From a bacterium (GTDB lineage: Bacteria; Bdellovibrionota_C; UBA2361; RFPC01), in assembly GCA_030428205.1 (NCBI GenBank), contig JAUIBK010000048.1, positions 1 to 25,093 on the forward strand: 25,093 bases of DNA, in the 5' to 3' direction. Position 1 is the stretch's first letter, and each line of letters opens with the position of its first letter. The notes under the pieces were generated by a model, which did no database searches, was not told where the DNA came from, and saw only the letters and a program-made list of their open reading frames with translations. Below, piece by piece: positions 24,358-25,093 of this stretch. Made by a program: the position numbers and the translations under genes.

Positions 24358-25093
24358 TTATTGGAGTTCAATTTCAAGTGAGTCCGTAATGGTAAATAAA
24401 GTGCTCACGGTAGGTTGAGCAGTTCCATTACAAGCGTCAGCAAGAGGAAGAGTTTGACACGACAACCAGAGCCTGTGCATCACAAGGACGTTTAGCTTCT
24501 TGTCGACATCAACATCTGCACCAGTGATGGCTGGACCAAGCGATGAGACGTTCACAAGAGGAGTTGGGCCCCATGATGGAAAATCAGGCTTTCCCATATT
24601 ACCGAGTACAGCATATCTCCTATCAAGAATCGCATCGAAGATGCTGAAATCTGTTGTGCAGTTTTCTGTTCCTGAAACAGCAGGACTATTCATATCGCTT
24701 GGATCTTGCGGAACAAGTGGAAGGGGAGAAGCAAGTTTGTCACTAGTTTTCGCCCAAAAAAGAAACGTCTCGGTGCCGACAACCGGATTTGCGATCTGTG
24801 CAGAAAGAACATCGAGAGGAGTGCCAAGTTGCGGATTCGTTATCGTTACGCCAACGGAAATTCTGCTACGACGAAATGGCTCTTCGCCGTAAAAACGACC
24901 GAGTTGAGCGTAGTCTGTAGCGAATTTTACATACGGGCAGCTTCCACCAGCACTGTAAAGTACATCTTGTGCGCCGTTACCGGAGTCAAGCCAATCAATT
25001 GTTGTGGATCCTTCAAAGGTGTTTGAGGCTGATGATGGTCTCTTTCCGAAGGTGATAATTTTATCACTTCCAAGGAGATTCCCTTTCTGAGCA
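24358..25093 (-). CDS. Hypothetical protein, 5'-partial; the reading frame stays open to the window edge
   Basis: The minus-strand frame that ends at the stop at 24358 has no stop codon all the way to 25093. It begins ...AQKGNLLGSDKIITFGKRPSSASNTFEGSTTIDWLDSGNGAQDVLYSAGGSCPYVKFATDYAQLGRFYGEEPFRRSRISVGV..., so the track's 111-aa ORF is only its C-terminal part. Confidence 0.45.
   Translation of the reverse strand, partial: AQKGNLLGSDKIITFGKRPSSASNTFEGSTTIDWLDSGNGAQDVLYSAGGSCPYVKFATDYAQLGRFYGEEPFRRSRISVGVTITNPQLGTPLDVLSAQIANPVVGTETFLFWAKTSDKLASPLPLVPQDPSDMNSPAVSGTENCTTDFSIFDAILDRRYAVLGNMGKPDFPSWGPTPLVNVSSLGPAITGADVDVDKKLNVLVMHRLWLSCQTLPLADACNGTAQPTVSTLFTITDSLEIELQ

Noticed and set aside
1-25093. 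tRNA or rRNA genes, CRISPR repeats, IS or transposase or integrase genes
   Set aside because: I saw no T-arm-like GGTTCGAATCC motifs in intergenic spacers. There are no arrays of direct repeats with regular spacing. No ORF has transposase (DDE) or recombinase signatures.

Overview
This looks like a bacterial chromosomal window of about 47-48% GC. Most genes have Shine-Dalgarno-like sites and the promoters resemble sigma70 promoters. I see no rRNA, tRNA, CRISPR array, transposase or integrase. Reading left to right, the content is: (1) The N-terminus of cbb3 oxidase subunit CcoN (partial, minus strand). It is followed by a His-tailed CxxC membrane protein that is divergent from a CcoI-type Cu(I) P1B-ATPase, and then an unlisted 58-aa CcoS ORF. 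(2) A minus-strand flotillin module: a small ribbon-helix-helix (RHH) protein, a near-consensus promoter with an overlapping palindrome, an NfeD gene and a YqiK-like flotillin. (3) A hybrid sensor histidine kinase, a TauE/DUF81-like permease, and a KefC-like cation/H+ antiporter with RCK domains. (4) An atypical P-loop protein that overlaps convergently with a PAS-GGDEF diguanylate cyclase. (5) A 703-aa protein built from two LOG-like (Lysine_decarbox/TIGR00730) domains, the second degenerate. It is divergent from the GGDEF gene and is the most unusual item in the window. (6) A GT4 glycosyltransferase, and a tiny bS22-like ribosomal protein ORF with its own promoter and terminator. The bS22-like ORF is missing from the ORF track. 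(7) A secreted GH5 glycosidase carrying a poly-lysine/Cys insertion, and a disrupted four-helix-bundle (23S rRNA IVS family) gene. (8) A standalone FabH, and a leaderless protein with four LysM domains and a T4-type (GH24) lysozyme domain. (9) A HAD-like protein whose catalytic motif I is destroyed, and three secreted or membrane hypothetical proteins, the last one running off the window end. Two unrelated, perfect inverted repeats, each with 29-bp arms, sit in 3' intergenic regions.
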